From an uncultured delta proteobacterium (GTDB lineage: Bacteria; Desulfobacterota; Desulfobacteria; Desulfobacterales; JAFDCJ01): a DNA stretch of 64,000 bases. Below, piece after piece: positions 1 to 10,268 of this stretch. Location of the stretch: assembly GCA_963769935.1 (NCBI GenBank), contig CAVYNY010000013.1:352001-416000 (forward strand), given 5' to 3'. The notes under the pieces are model-generated. The model saw nothing but the letters and a program-made list of their open reading frames with translations. It had not been told where the DNA came from and did no database searches. Made by a program: the position numbers and the translations under genes. Every line of letters starts with the position of its first letter. The first letter of the stretch is position 1.

Positions 1-1333
1 AATTAAGTACCTCCAGGAACGTCGCAGCGAACTGGGCGGCCTGCTGCCGGCACGCTTTGAATCCGTACCGGTTTTCCGGCCTCCGGGCCGGCAGTTGTAC
101 ACCGAGTTTTTTGAAGGCACCGGCGATCGGGAGGTGGCCACCACGATGGCGATGGTGCATCTGCTGGGCAAGCTTTTAAATGATAAAAAGATCGGCCGGT
201 ACATCGTGCCTATCGTGCCCGATGAGGCCCGCACCTTCGGGATGGAGTCTTTGTTTCGCAAATTCGGCATCTACTCGCATGTCGGGCAGAACTACGAGCC
301 GGTCGACAGGGAAAGTCTGCTGTATTACAAAGAGGCCAAGGACGGGCAGATCCTCGAAGAGGGCATCACCGAGGCGGGATCGATGTCGTCTTTTATCGCG
401 GCCGGTACAGCCTACTCGACCTTCGGCATCAATATGGTGCCGTTCTTCTTTTTCTACTCGATGTTCGGCTTTCAGCGGATCGGCGATCTGATCTGGGCCT
501 CCGGCGATGCCCAGGCCCGCGGCTTTATGCTGGGTGCAACGGCCGGGCGCACAACCCTCGCCGGTGAGGGCCTGCAGCACCAGGACGGCCACACCCACAT
601 CCTGGCCCTCGGCAATCCCTCGGTGCTGACCTATGATCCGACGTTTGCCTATGAAGTGGCGGTTATCGTCCGCGAGGGCCTGCGCCGCATGCTGGAAGAC
701 GGCGAAAACATCGTCTACTATCTGACGGTCATGAACGAATTTTACAAAATGCCCGCCATGCCGCAGAATGTCGAGGAGGGGATCCTGAAAGGAATTTATA
801 AATTCCGGGCTTCCGGCAACAAGCGGGCCAAAATCAAGGCCCATTTATTCGGCAGCGGGACTATTCTGAATGAGGCCATCAAAGCCCAGGAACTGCTTGA
901 AAGCGATTACGGCGTGGCCGCCGATGTCTGGAGCGTGACCAGCTACAAGAGTCTTTACTGGGATGCGACCGATACCGAACATTGGAACTATCTGCATCCG
1001 GACCAGGAGCCGAAATTGTCATATCTCGAGCAGCAGCTGGCCGATGAGCAGGGGGTTTTTATTGCCGCCTCCGATTATCTCAGAGCCCTGCCGGCCTCGG
1101 TAGCCAAATGGCTGCCCGGGCCGACGATTTTACTCGGGACCGACGGCTATGGCCGCAGCGACACCCGCGAAAGCCTGCGCGATTTCTTCGAGGTGGATGC
1201 CCGTCATATCGCCTATGCGGCCCTGGGCGCCCTGGCGCGCGATAATCGGGTCAAGATGTCCACGGTGAAAAAGGCCCGCAAGCAGCTTAAAATTAACCCG
1301 GAGAAAACAAACCCCTTGTTTACCAAACCATAA
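1..1333 (+). CDS. aceE: Pyruvate dehydrogenase E1 component, homodimeric AceE type (5' partial)
   Basis: Frame open from position 2 (IKYLQERRSELGGLLPAR...). AceE motifs PIVPDEARTFGME, EEGITEAG, YSMFGFQRIGD, GRTTLAGEGLQHQDG, LGTDGYGRSD. Confidence 0.96.
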   Translation, partial: IKYLQERRSELGGLLPARFESVPVFRPPGRQLYTEFFEGTGDREVATTMAMVHLLGKLLNDKKIGRYIVPIVPDEARTFGMESLFRKFGIYSHVGQNYEPVDRESLLYYKEAKDGQILEEGITEAGSMSSFIAAGTAYSTFGINMVPFFFFYSMFGFQRIGDLIWASGDAQARGFMLGATAGRTTLAGEGLQHQDGHTHILALGNPSVLTYDPTFAYEVAVIVREGLRRMLEDGENIVYYLTVMNEFYKMPAMPQNVEEGILKGIYKFRASGNKRAKIKAHLFGSGTILNEAIKAQELLESDYGVAADVWSVTSYKSLYWDATDTEHWNYLHPDQEPKLSYLEQQLADEQGVFIAASDYLRALPASVAKWLPGPTILLGTDGYGRSDTRESLRDFFEVDARHIAYAALGALARDNRVKMSTVKKARKQLKINPEKTNPLFTKP

Positions 1334-1335
1334 GT

Positions 1336-1640
1336 TGTAAGGTGCAGGGTTCAGAGTTCAACAGGTTCAGGGTTGAAGGAAACATAGGCCGGACAAGTTA
1401 GAAAAAGATAATGGGCTTCAACACAATTCTCATAAACATGCAGGTATCAGTATAGCTAACCGCAGAGAACGCAAAGGTCGCGGAGATTATTTTAGTTTAT
1501 CCTTTCAATCATACTGAGTCTTTCTCTGCGCTCTCTGCGAACTCTGCGGTGAAATTTTAAGTTTCCTTTTCGATCAAACTGGAAACTGCGGCTGCCAGCG
1601 GCGTTGCTGACGCCTGAAACCTGACACCTGAAACCTTACA
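1336..1640. repeat. Nested inverted short tandem repeats between aceE and aceF
   Basis: Outer arms TGTAAGGTGCAGGGTTCAGAGTTCA... (1336-1379) and ...CCTGAAACCTGACACCTGAAACCTTACA (1613-1640), ~7-mers. Inner arms AACCGCAGAGAACGCAAAGGTCGCGGAG (1458-1485) and TCTCTGCGCTCTCTGCGAACTCTGCGGT (1523-1550), 9-mers. Confidence 0.8.
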
Positions 1641-1691
1641 GTTTTTACAACCTATTGCCAGACAAACGCCCTAAGGGCCCAAGGAGCCGGT

Positions 1692-3074
1692 ATGATAGTT
1701 GATGTCAGGATTCCGGAAATCAGTGAAAATGTCAAATCGGGAAAAATTGTCAGCGTTTTGGTTCAAGTCGGCGACCTGATCGAAATCGACGATGTATTGG
1801 TTGAGTTTGAAACGGAAAAGGCGCTCGTGGAAATTCCCTCTACCGTTAAAGGCAAGATTACCGAAATGCTCGCCAAGGTCGGCGACGAAATGAGGGTGGG
1901 CGACGTGATTGCCAGAGTAGACACCGAGACCCAGGGCTCTGTTAAAGGTGAGCCGGAAAGCGACCCCGCATGAGGCTGCCGAGAGGGAAGCTGCGGTGGA
2001 AGTAGCCGGCCGAGGCGCCGCAGGCTCAAAAGCCGGCAGAAGAAAAAACAGAGCGCCGGACCAGAAAAAAAAGCGCCGGTTGAAGAACCGGAAAAGCCGC
2101 CGGTCGCGCCCGAGCCGTCGGAGGAGGAAGTCAAAGACGTCGATCGACCCGGCGCCGGCGGACCGGCGCCGGCTTCACCGTCGGTACGCCGTTTTGCCCG
2201 TGAACTGGGCATCGATATCCATGCAGTCAAAGCCAGCGGACCCGGCGGCCGTATTACCGAAGCCGATGTTAAAGCCTACGTCAAACAAGACGAGCGGCCG
2301 CACGGCAAGGCTCCCGTTCAAGCCGCCGCTGCGGGAGTCTTCCAGGAACCGGCGCTGCCCGACTTCAGCCGCTGGGGAGACATCGAGACGGTTGCACTGG
2401 AAGCCGTGCGCCGCATAACGGCTGCCAATATGTCCACCGCGTGGCGCACGGTGCCGCACGTCACCCAGTTCGACCAGGCGGATATCACCGGACTGCAGGA
2501 ATTTATCAAAAAGAATGCAGAGAAAGTCGCCCGCAGCGGGGGCAAGCTGACCGTCACGGCCGTCCTCGCGAAAGTCTGTGCCGAAGCGCTTAAAAAATTT
2601 GCGCGCTTTAATTCCAGCATCGACACGGCCAACGAGCAGCTGATTTTCAAAAAGTACGTTCATATCGGAATTGCCGCCGACACGCCGCGCGGTCTGCTGG
2701 TGCCGGTGGTCCGCAACGCCGACCAAAAGAGCATCAGCCGGCTTGCCGCCGAGATCGCCGATCTTGCCGAACGGGCCCGCAACAAAAAGCTCAAGCCGGA
2801 TGAGATGGAAGGCGGCACCTTTACCATATCCAACCAGGGCGGCATCGGCGGCGTCAATTTTACGCCGATCGTCTTCTGGCCCCAGGCCGCCATCCTCGGC
2901 GTCAGCCGCGCCTCCGTTGCGCCGAAGTTTATCGACGGTGAATTCAGGCCGCGCAGCATGCTGCCCCTGGCCTTGTCGTTCGATCACCGGATTAACGACG
3001 GAGCGGATGCCGCGCGCTTCCTGCGCTGGGTGTGCGAATGCCTGGAGCAACCCTTTACGATGGTTCTTGAGTAA
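1692..3074 (+). CDS. aceF: Dihydrolipoamide acetyltransferase E2 (one lipoyl domain), interrupted in the linker as sequenced
   Basis: Lipoyl domain (ETEKA), E3-binding domain (ASPSVRRFARELGID) and catalytic domain (GGTFTISN, SFDHRINDG) are all in one frame. In-frame TGA at 1971-1973; Ala/Glu/Pro-rich linker text runs through the other two frames over ~1958-2058. Confidence 0.9.
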
Positions 3075-3108
3075 AAAAACTGAAAGCTTCCACGGTAGAG
3101 AGGATCAA

Positions 3109-4575
3109 ATGGCAGACAAAAAAACTCAAGTAGCGGTGGTCGGGGGAGGCCCCGGTGGATATGCAGCTGCGTTTCTGGCGGCCGACCTCGGGCTGGAAGT
3201 TACCTTGATCGATCCGGAAAAAAACCCCGGCGGCGTGTGTCTGTATCGCGGATGCATTCCGTCGAAAGCCCTGCTGCACGCCGCCAAAGTAATCGATGAG
3301 GCGCGGGAGGCCCAGGTCTGGGGTCTTCAGTTCAGCGGGCTCAAAGTCCAGCACACCAAACTGCAAAAATGGAAAGACGACGTGGTTGCCAGGCTGACCG
3401 GCGGATTGGGTCAACTCGTCCAACAACGCAAAATAAATTACCTGCAAGCTTTTGCCGCATTCAAGGACAACCGGACATTGACCGTCCGAGAAGCGAACGG
3501 CCGGCAAAGTTCACTGAGTTTCGAGTTCGCCATCATCGCCACCGGTTCCGAGGCGGCAGGCATCCCGGGCTTTGAAATTGATGCCAAACGTCTTCTCGAC
3601 GCCACGGCCGCGCTTAATCTTGAGCAAATCCCCAAAAAGTTTCTGGTGATCGGCGGCGGCTATATCGGTCTTGAACTGGGGACCGTCTATGCCGCGCTCG
3701 GCTCCCAGGTGACGGTCGTGGAGATGACCGCGAGTCTGCTGCCGGGAGTCGACCCGGATTTGGTCCGTTTTCTGCACAAACGACTGGAAGAGCGGCTGGC
3801 CGCCATATTGCTGCAAACCACCGTCAAGGAGTTGAAGGTTCAAAAAAATGGTGTCAAAACTGCGTTGGAGGGCCCGGATGCCGATCCAAAAACGCATCTT
3901 TTCGACAAGGTCCTGCTGGCGGTGGGACGCCGTCCAAATTCCGCCGGCCTGGGCCTGAACACCACCGGCATTCAGGTCGACGGCCGCGGCTTCATCAAAG
4001 TGGACAATCAGCGGCGTACCGCTGAAAAACATATTTTTGCCATCGGCGACGTGGCCGGTGAACCCATGCTGGCACACAAGGCCTCCCATGAAGGCCGCGT
4101 CGCCGCCGAGGTGATCGCCGGCCGGCAGGTGGTCTACGAACCGGCGGCGATCCCGGCCGTCGTGTTCACCGACCCTGAAATCGCCTGGGCCGGATTGACG
4201 GAAAACGAAGCCCGCCGCCAAGGCATACCGCATGCAGTGGTCCGATTTCCGTGGGCCGCCTCCGGCCGCGCGGCCACCCTGGGCCGCAATGACGGTCTGA
4301 CCAAGCTCGTTGTTGATCCGCAGAGCGAACGTATTCTGGGTATGGGTATTGTCGGTTCCGGCGCGGGCGAAATGATCGCCGAGGGGGTACTGGCCATTGA
4401 GATGGGCGCCAACGTAACCGATGTCGGCCAGTCGATTCATCCACATCCGACCCTGACTGAAACCATCATGGAAGCCGCAGATCTGTTTCAAGGCAGCGCC
4501 ACCCACTTTTATCAACCCAGGCGCAAGAAGAAGACAGAAGACAGACGCCAGAAGACAGAAGACAAAGGGCAGTAA
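3109..4575 (+). CDS. lpdA: Dihydrolipoyl dehydrogenase E3
   Basis: GGGPGG, redox motif GGVCLYRGCIPSK, GGGYIGLE, HPHPT. Start at ATG 3109 after GAGAGG. Confidence 0.96.
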   Translation: MADKKTQVAVVGGGPGGYAAAFLAADLGLEVTLIDPEKNPGGVCLYRGCIPSKALLHAAKVIDEAREAQVWGLQFSGLKVQHTKLQKWKDDVVARLTGGLGQLVQQRKINYLQAFAAFKDNRTLTVREANGRQSSLSFEFAIIATGSEAAGIPGFEIDAKRLLDATAALNLEQIPKKFLVIGGGYIGLELGTVYAALGSQVTVVEMTASLLPGVDPDLVRFLHKRLEERLAAILLQTTVKELKVQKNGVKTALEGPDADPKTHLFDKVLLAVGRRPNSAGLGLNTTGIQVDGRGFIKVDNQRRTAEKHIFAIGDVAGEPMLAHKASHEGRVAAEVIAGRQVVYEPAAIPAVVFTDPEIAWAGLTENEARRQGIPHAVVRFPWAASGRAATLGRNDGLTKLVVDPQSERILGMGIVGSGAGEMIAEGVLAIEMGANVTDVGQSIHPHPTLTETIMEAADLFQGSATHFYQPRRKKKTEDRRQKTEDKGQ

Positions 4576-4752
4576 GGAAGTCGGAAAATTGGAACAGATT
4601 CCCTTCGCGGCTTCCCGGCTTTCTAGCCTTCCCGCTTCCCAGCCTTCCGGCATCTTTGAAGTCTGCTGACTGCCAAGCTTATGAGGTTGAATTTTCTATG
4701 TACTGTGTACTATGAACTATCAACTCAACGAACTCAATAAACTTAATCAACC
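4529..4752. repeat. Cluster of degenerate 7-, 8- and 9-mer tandem repeats
   Basis: (AGACAGA)n-like 4529-4572 inside the lpdA 3' end; GGAAGTCGGAAAATTGGAA with inverted (CTTCCCGG)n-like arm, 4576-4648; (AACTCAATA)n-like 4715-4752. Confidence 0.75.
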
Positions 4753-4762
4753 AGTTGTGACC

Positions 4763-6139
4763 ATGAAAGAATTCAATCAAGACCAGATTGCGGCCTTATC
4801 CGGCATGGTGGATGCCGACGGCTTTTCTACCGGCCAATCCAATCGCGAGCTGCATCTGCATGACATCTCGCCGCATCGCGGAACCCTGCCGGCAGGCATC
4901 ATCTGGCCCAAGACCACCTCTGAAGTCGCCCGGATTCTCACCTGGACCTATAAAAACGGAATCCCGGTTACCCCTTGGGGCGCCGGCACGAGCACCGAGG
5001 GCAACCCCGTACCGACACGCGGGGGATTGATCCTGGATATGACCCGCATGAACAAAATCCTCGAGATACGCCCGCAGGATCTTCAGGCCGATGTGCAGCC
5101 CGGTGTACTGCGCAAGGAATTGAACCGGCAAACCGGCCGCCACGGGCTGTTTTTCCCGCCCGACCCGGGAGCGGACGCCACCATCGGCGGCATGATCGCC
5201 AATAATGCATCCGGCGTTCAAACGATTAAATACGGGGCCACCAGAGATTATGTGATGCGCTTGACGGTCGTTTTGCCCGAAGGCCGTTTGATAAATACCG
5301 GGTGCAAAGCCCACAAATCCTCTTCCGGGTATGACCTGACACGGCTGTTTGTCGGATCGGAAGGGACCCTGGGTGTGTTAACCGAGGCCACCCTGAAATT
5401 GGCCGGCATTCCATCCCACCATCTGGCCGCCACGATTACTTTCCAAGACCTTGAAAGCGCATCCCGAGCGGTGGCGGCTCTTATGGGATCCGGCCTGGAA
5501 CCGGCTGCGCTTGAGCTGTTGCCGCCGGTTTTGATCAAGCTGATGAACCGGGAAAAAAATCTGAATATTCCGGAGGTGCCGTCGCTTTTCTGCGAATTTC
5601 ATGGGGTCAGCAAAACCACATTGCAGGAAAAAGCCGATCTGGCCCGCGAGCTGTGCAGTGAATGCGGCGCAACCGGATTTAAATTCGGCATCGAGGAAAT
5701 GGACCGCCGGGAATTGTGGCGCGCCCGACACGAGGCCTGGGAAACCATTCATCGCGCCCATCCCAAAAAAGAAACACTGATTATCGACGTTGCGGTTCCG
5801 ATCTCCCGCTACCCGGAAATGATCGTTTTTTCACAAAACCTCGTAGAGGAGCATCATGTCGACGGATATGTCTTCGGCCATGCCGGGGACGGCAATCTGC
5901 ATGTCGTCATAGCAGGTGACCCGCAGGACCCCAATGAGTGGTCTACCCTGGAAAAAATAAATCAGTTGATTGTTGAAAAAGCCCTCGATGTCGGCGGCAC
6001 CTGCACCGGAGAGCACGGAATCGGCATCGGCAAACGCAAATTTATGGAACTGGAGCACGGTGAGAGCTATCAGCTGATGCGTGGCATCAAGGATTTAATC
6101 GACCCCAAAGGATTGATGAATCCGGGGAAAATTTTTTAG
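4763..6139 (+). CDS. FAD-linked oxidase, GlcD/D-2-hydroxyacid dehydrogenase family
   Basis: GAGTS, PPDPG, ATIGGMIANNASG, GSEGTLG, GHAGDGNLH, GEHGIG, MNPGK. The upstream ATG at 4712 only adds repeat-derived residues. Confidence 0.9.
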   Translation: MKEFNQDQIAALSGMVDADGFSTGQSNRELHLHDISPHRGTLPAGIIWPKTTSEVARILTWTYKNGIPVTPWGAGTSTEGNPVPTRGGLILDMTRMNKILEIRPQDLQADVQPGVLRKELNRQTGRHGLFFPPDPGADATIGGMIANNASGVQTIKYGATRDYVMRLTVVLPEGRLINTGCKAHKSSSGYDLTRLFVGSEGTLGVLTEATLKLAGIPSHHLAATITFQDLESASRAVAALMGSGLEPAALELLPPVLIKLMNREKNLNIPEVPSLFCEFHGVSKTTLQEKADLARELCSECGATGFKFGIEEMDRRELWRARHEAWETIHRAHPKKETLIIDVAVPISRYPEMIVFSQNLVEEHHVDGYVFGHAGDGNLHVVIAGDPQDPNEWSTLEKINQLIVEKALDVGGTCTGEHGIGIGKRKFMELEHGESYQLMRGIKDLIDPKGLMNPGKIF

Positions 6140-6159
6140 GGCAAATGGAGATTAAAATC

Positions 6160-7437
6160 ATGGCATTTGAAACGACATTTACGATGGATACATCCAGTAT
6201 CAAGTTTGGTCCCGGCGTTACACGCGAAATCGGCTGGGACATGGAGGAACAGGGAGCACATCGGGTGATGGTAGTGACCGATCCCCATTTAGCCGGGAGC
6301 GAAGCGGTTGCCGTCACACTGGAAGCACTGCGCAAACATGGAATCGATGCCGTCCTGTTCGATCGGGCGAGTGTGGAACCGACGGATATCTCGTTTAAGG
6401 AGGCCGTTAAATTTGCCGAGGATGGGAAATTCGATGGATTTGTAGCCGTCGGCGGCGGCTCCAGCATGGATACCGCCAAAGCCGCCAATCTTTATTCAAC
6501 CCACCCGGCCGATTTTATGACGTACGTGAATCCGCCTGTTGGCAAGGGCGTACCGGTGCCCGGGCCGCTGAAGCCGCTGATAGCGATTCCGACAACAGCC
6601 GGCACCGGCAGTGAAACGACCGGGGTGGCCATTTTTGATCTGGTCGAGATGAAGGCCAAAACGGGCATTGCGCACCGCGCGCTGCGTCCGGTCAAAGGGG
6701 TTATTGATCCCGACAATACCCGCTCCCTGCCCAAGATGGTCGCAGCCAGCACGGGTTTGGATCAGTTAGCCCACGCCCTTGAAGCATTGACGGCTTTGCC
6801 GTTTAACCAGCGGCCCGCCCCCGAACATCCTAAATTAAGACCCGCCTATCAAGGTGCCAATCCGATCAGCAACATCTGGGCTTCCCAGGCAATTAAAATG
6901 ATTTCCAAGAATCTCGTCAGGGTCATTGAAGATCCGTCAAATGACGAAGCCCGCGGTGAAGTTATGCTGGCGGCCACCTATGCCGGAATCGGCTTCGGCA
7001 ATGGCGGCGTCCATCTGGCCCATGGTATGTCATACCCGGTGTCCGGCATGGTTCGCGACTACGTTCCTGAAGGCTACCCTCCCGGAGTCCCTCTCGTTCC
7101 ACACGGAATGGCGGTGGTGCTCAACGCACCGGCAGTTTTCAGATTTACGGCCCCCGTGAATCCGGAGCTGCACCTGTACGCAGCGAAGCTCATGGGCCAA
7201 GACATTTCGGGTGCCAAACTCGAAGATGCCGGTAAAATCCTCTCAAATGCCATTGTGGAGCTGATGCAAAAAGTCGGGATGCCGAACGGATTAAAGGCCG
7301 TGGGTTTTGGCCCGGAGGATGTTGACAAACTCGTCCAGGGTACCCTGCCCCAGCATCGGGTGACCAAATTGTCTCCGCGTCCGGCCAGTGCCGAGGATTT
7401 GAGACAATTGTTTCTGGATTCGATGGTGCTTTGGTAA
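6160..7437 (+). CDS. Hydroxyacid-oxoacid transhydrogenase (ADHFE1/HOT-like iron-containing ADH)
   Basis: GGGSSMDTAK, YVNPPVGKG, PTTAGTGSETTG, RPAYQGANP, GVHLAHGMSYPV, LPQHRVTKLSP are typical of the HOT subfamily. GGAG RBS at 6147. Confidence 0.88.
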   Translation: MAFETTFTMDTSSIKFGPGVTREIGWDMEEQGAHRVMVVTDPHLAGSEAVAVTLEALRKHGIDAVLFDRASVEPTDISFKEAVKFAEDGKFDGFVAVGGGSSMDTAKAANLYSTHPADFMTYVNPPVGKGVPVPGPLKPLIAIPTTAGTGSETTGVAIFDLVEMKAKTGIAHRALRPVKGVIDPDNTRSLPKMVAASTGLDQLAHALEALTALPFNQRPAPEHPKLRPAYQGANPISNIWASQAIKMISKNLVRVIEDPSNDEARGEVMLAATYAGIGFGNGGVHLAHGMSYPVSGMVRDYVPEGYPPGVPLVPHGMAVVLNAPAVFRFTAPVNPELHLYAAKLMGQDISGAKLEDAGKILSNAIVELMQKVGMPNGLKAVGFGPEDVDKLVQGTLPQHRVTKLSPRPASAEDLRQLFLDSMVLW

Positions 7438-7439
7438 AA

Positions 7440-7739
7440 TCAGAGAACACTTTTATCCAGTAGATAGTAGCGGCGGTCATCCGTAACGGCGACGATTTTT
7501 TCGGCCACCAGGCTTTTGAGCGCTACTGTTCGATGGTCCCTCAATCCTATTCTTAAAAAGGGCCGTTTGGCATACGGCAGGACGACGGCCGATTCGGGAT
7601 TAAACGCTTGCCGGCTTTTGAGATCTACAATTATGCTCAGGTAAGCCTTTTTTGTCTTCCAGCCATGAAATTGCCGGCTCAAAATAAGCGCGGCCCCCAG
7701 TAGAAGAATGCTTATGATCACTTGAAATGATTCAGGCAT
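7440..7739 (-). CDS. Small hypothetical protein with N-terminal transmembrane helix
   Basis: 99 aa ORF filling the gap between convergent genes, AAGGTG upstream, hydrophobic N-terminus. Confidence 0.7.
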   Translation of the reverse strand: MPESFQVIISILLLGAALILSRQFHGWKTKKAYLSIIVDLKSRQAFNPESAVVLPYAKRPFLRIGLRDHRTVALKSLVAEKIVAVTDDRRYYLLDKSVL

Positions 7740-7914
7740 GACACCTTGTTACCTTCCGGATAGGGCATTATGGTATTGTAACTCTTAGTAAACACAGAAT
7801 GCACCATAACATGTTCGGCCCCGCCGGTAAAGCCTTTGAGACTTAAGCGCGGCGGCTTAATTGCTGTATGCTGCGCCTGTATTTTCTTTCTTTATTGCAT
7901 CCGCTGAAAAAATT

Positions 7915-8781
7915 CTATCTCACGGGAATCTCGCCCTCCTCGGTAATTACATGATCGATCAGGTCAAAGTCCACTATGTCGTGGGAAAAGGTTGTTTGCG
8001 TGTAAATCAGATTTTCTTTGGATTGCTGTTGGTCTTCCTTATGTATTTTCTGTCCGGCGACGCTCTGGTGAGCGAATTTAAGGGAGTTTATCAGCAGGTA
8101 AACCGGAATTCCGTTCAGATGGCACAGCCCGGCAATGTTGGCCGAACCGATCGTCGTGATCACCTTTCGATCCGGTGTAACGGAGGTGGCGCCCAATAAA
8201 ACCTTTTTGGCTGTGCTCATAAAGTGACTCAGGTTGTATTCCGGGATGACCAAATGATCGATACCGCTGGCGTCAAGATCCCGGATGAGCTGCTTGATCC
8301 GGACAAAGTGCTGTTCCAGGACGATCACTTGAAATTGCCGCTGAAGATCAGAATGCGCCGACATCAGAGCGTTGCGAACCGGCAGGCTGGGCGAATGGGC
8401 GATGATGACGTCGCCGTCCTCGATCAAGCGTCGGCCGTGCTCGACAAGGCGATCAATCGCAGAATTAAATAGAGCCAGTTTTTGATCAAGAATCGCCAGT
8501 GCGCAAGCTTTGGCTTCGTTTAAAGATTTCCCGAAGTGCGGCCGCATTTCCGCTTCGAACGCTTCAATCAAGTGAACCAGCGGGATGATTTTAGGCTGCG
8601 TGTTTTTTATGACCTCATCCAGTTCCAGGACCAGATTTTCAAAAGCGTGCGGCGGGCATCTCAGTCTTTGAATCGAATCACGAATAGATTGTAAGGCTAC
8701 GATGGTGGTACGGGAGGTTCCCATGACCACTTCGTGGTCTCGAAAAAGTTGGTAAAGACTCTCCAGTTCAATCGGTTTCAT
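7915..8781 (-). CDS. eIF-2B alpha/beta/delta / ribose-1,5-bisphosphate isomerase-like protein, catalytic residues apparently altered
   Basis: Starts MKPIELE with ATGA overlap on the upstream stop. Helical N-terminal domain, then DGDVIIAHSPS, KVLLGA, GIPVY, KF, FSHD, DHVITEEG. Confidence 0.8.
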   Translation of the reverse strand: MKPIELESLYQLFRDHEVVMGTSRTTIVALQSIRDSIQRLRCPPHAFENLVLELDEVIKNTQPKIIPLVHLIEAFEAEMRPHFGKSLNEAKACALAILDQKLALFNSAIDRLVEHGRRLIEDGDVIIAHSPSLPVRNALMSAHSDLQRQFQVIVLEQHFVRIKQLIRDLDASGIDHLVIPEYNLSHFMSTAKKVLLGATSVTPDRKVITTIGSANIAGLCHLNGIPVYLLINSLKFAHQSVAGQKIHKEDQQQSKENLIYTQTTFSHDIVDFDLIDHVITEEGEIPVR

Positions 8782-10082
8782 GACAACACCCGCAAATATA
8801 AAACCAGCAACACGGAGGCAACCGCCAACGACAACACCGTTGCCATCAGGCTGGTTTTGAAAAATTCCCGAAAACTGATGTCGTATCCATATTTTCGCGC
8901 TATGCCGCCGGAAACGATATTGGCCGACGCCCCGATCAAAGTCAGGTTGCCGCCGAAACATGCTCCCAGCGAAAGGGCCCACCAGAGAATATTGTTGGGT
9001 ATCGGCTGGGATTCCAGCATCATACGAACAATCGGGATCATGGTGATGGTGAACGGTATGTTGTCGATAAAACCCGACACAATTCCGGACACCCACAAAA
9101 CCAACAACACCATTACATAAGGATTATCGCCCGCCCTTAAAAAAATATTGCGGGCCATCCACTCGATCACCCCTTCTCTTTCCAGGATACCGACCAGGAT
9201 GAACAGAGCCGAGAAAAACAGCAGGGTGCTCCACTCGATTTCCAGCAGTATTTCATCCACATTAATGCGCGTGACAACAAATAAGAGCATTGCAACGCTG
9301 AGCGCCACCACACCGGGCGTAATTTTTGTAATGGTCTGGGTGACGAACAGCAAAATGGCCAACCCCAGGCAGGCAAGGCTTTTGGCGAGAAACAGCCTAT
9401 CGATGGTAATGTTGAGGAAGTCGAATTCGATTTTTTCGATCAGCAGTTGAACTGAAAAAAGCTTGGCGAGATTCGTTTCGATCGGGCGGAATTGATCCGC
9501 ATTCCTTATCCAGCAGTAAAGAATCACCACCACAAAAGAAAGGACCACGGGCGGCGTCAAATACAAGGCAAACTGGTTGAATGTCAGGCCGACTTTGGAA
9601 CCGATAATGATGTTCGGCGGGTCGCCGATAAGAGTGGCCGTTCCCCCCAGATTGGAGACCATTGCCTGAACAATGACATAGATCTTAGGGTCGAGGCCCA
9701 TACCGCGGGTGAGTTCGATAACCATGGGCACCATGATCAGCACGGTCGTTACATTGTCGAGAAAGGCCGAGATCGTGGCAGTAACAATTGAAAACAGCAC
9801 CAGTATCCTGAGAGGGCTGCCGCCGGTCAACTTGGCGATGCGCACGCTCAGGATGGCAAAAAACCCCGACTTGCGTAAAACAGCCACGATCACCATCATT
9901 CCCGTCAGCAGCATGATGGTTTCAAAGTCAATGTAGCCGGCCGCCGTGCGCACATCGACCACTCGCACCATGAGCAGGACCATCACCCCGAGTAATGCCG
10001 CCACCGCCTTGTTCAGCACTTCGGTGGCAACCAGACCATAAACGGCAACGAACACCAGGATTGATATCAGTTTACTTTCCAT
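8778..10082 (-). CDS. ArsB/NhaD (IT superfamily) transporter
   Basis: About 11-12 TM helices; SAFLDNVTT, SNLGGTATLIGDPPN, SGFIDNIPF, GGNLTLIGASAN. Confidence 0.9.
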   Translation of the reverse strand: MESKLISILVFVAVYGLVATEVLNKAVAALLGVMVLLMVRVVDVRTAAGYIDFETIMLLTGMMVIVAVLRKSGFFAILSVRIAKLTGGSPLRILVLFSIVTATISAFLDNVTTVLIMVPMVIELTRGMGLDPKIYVIVQAMVSNLGGTATLIGDPPNIIIGSKVGLTFNQFALYLTPPVVLSFVVVILYCWIRNADQFRPIETNLAKLFSVQLLIEKIEFDFLNITIDRLFLAKSLACLGLAILLFVTQTITKITPGVVALSVAMLLFVVTRINVDEILLEIEWSTLLFFSALFILVGILEREGVIEWMARNIFLRAGDNPYVMVLLVLWVSGIVSGFIDNIPFTITMIPIVRMMLESQPIPNNILWWALSLGACFGGNLTLIGASANIVSGGIARKYGYDISFREFFKTSLMATVLSLAVASVLLVLYLRVLS

Positions 10083-10252
10083 TGGCAGGATTCTCTCACG
10101 ATGATTGCCGAGATGCAGCAAACAGTGTTCTGTTTGAACTATTCATTAAAAATGGTGCAGCCTTTTGTTGAAGACTGCGCCATATGGTTACAGATTCAGC
10201 CGCCCGTCGATTAAGAATAAACATTAGCGGGACTCTTTCAATAGGCCATAAG

Positions 10253-10268
10253 AGCAACATGAATGCCA
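10253..10268 (-). promoter_or_regulatory. sigma54 -24/-12 promoter for the transporter/eIF-2B-like operon
   Basis: Minus strand TGGCAT-TCATG-TTGCT. Confidence 0.75.

Noticed and set aside
1971..1973. In-frame TGA in aceF as selenocysteine or readthrough
   Set aside because: It lies in a non-catalytic linker, and the residues after it look off-frame while natural linker text runs through the other two frames. Compensating indels explain it better.
2671..3108. N-terminal extension of the 634 aa lpdA ORF
   Set aside because: Overlaps aceF in another frame; the real start is ATG 3109 with an RBS.
3511..4653. 380 aa minus-strand ORF
   Set aside because: Antisense to lpdA and begins in repeat DNA.
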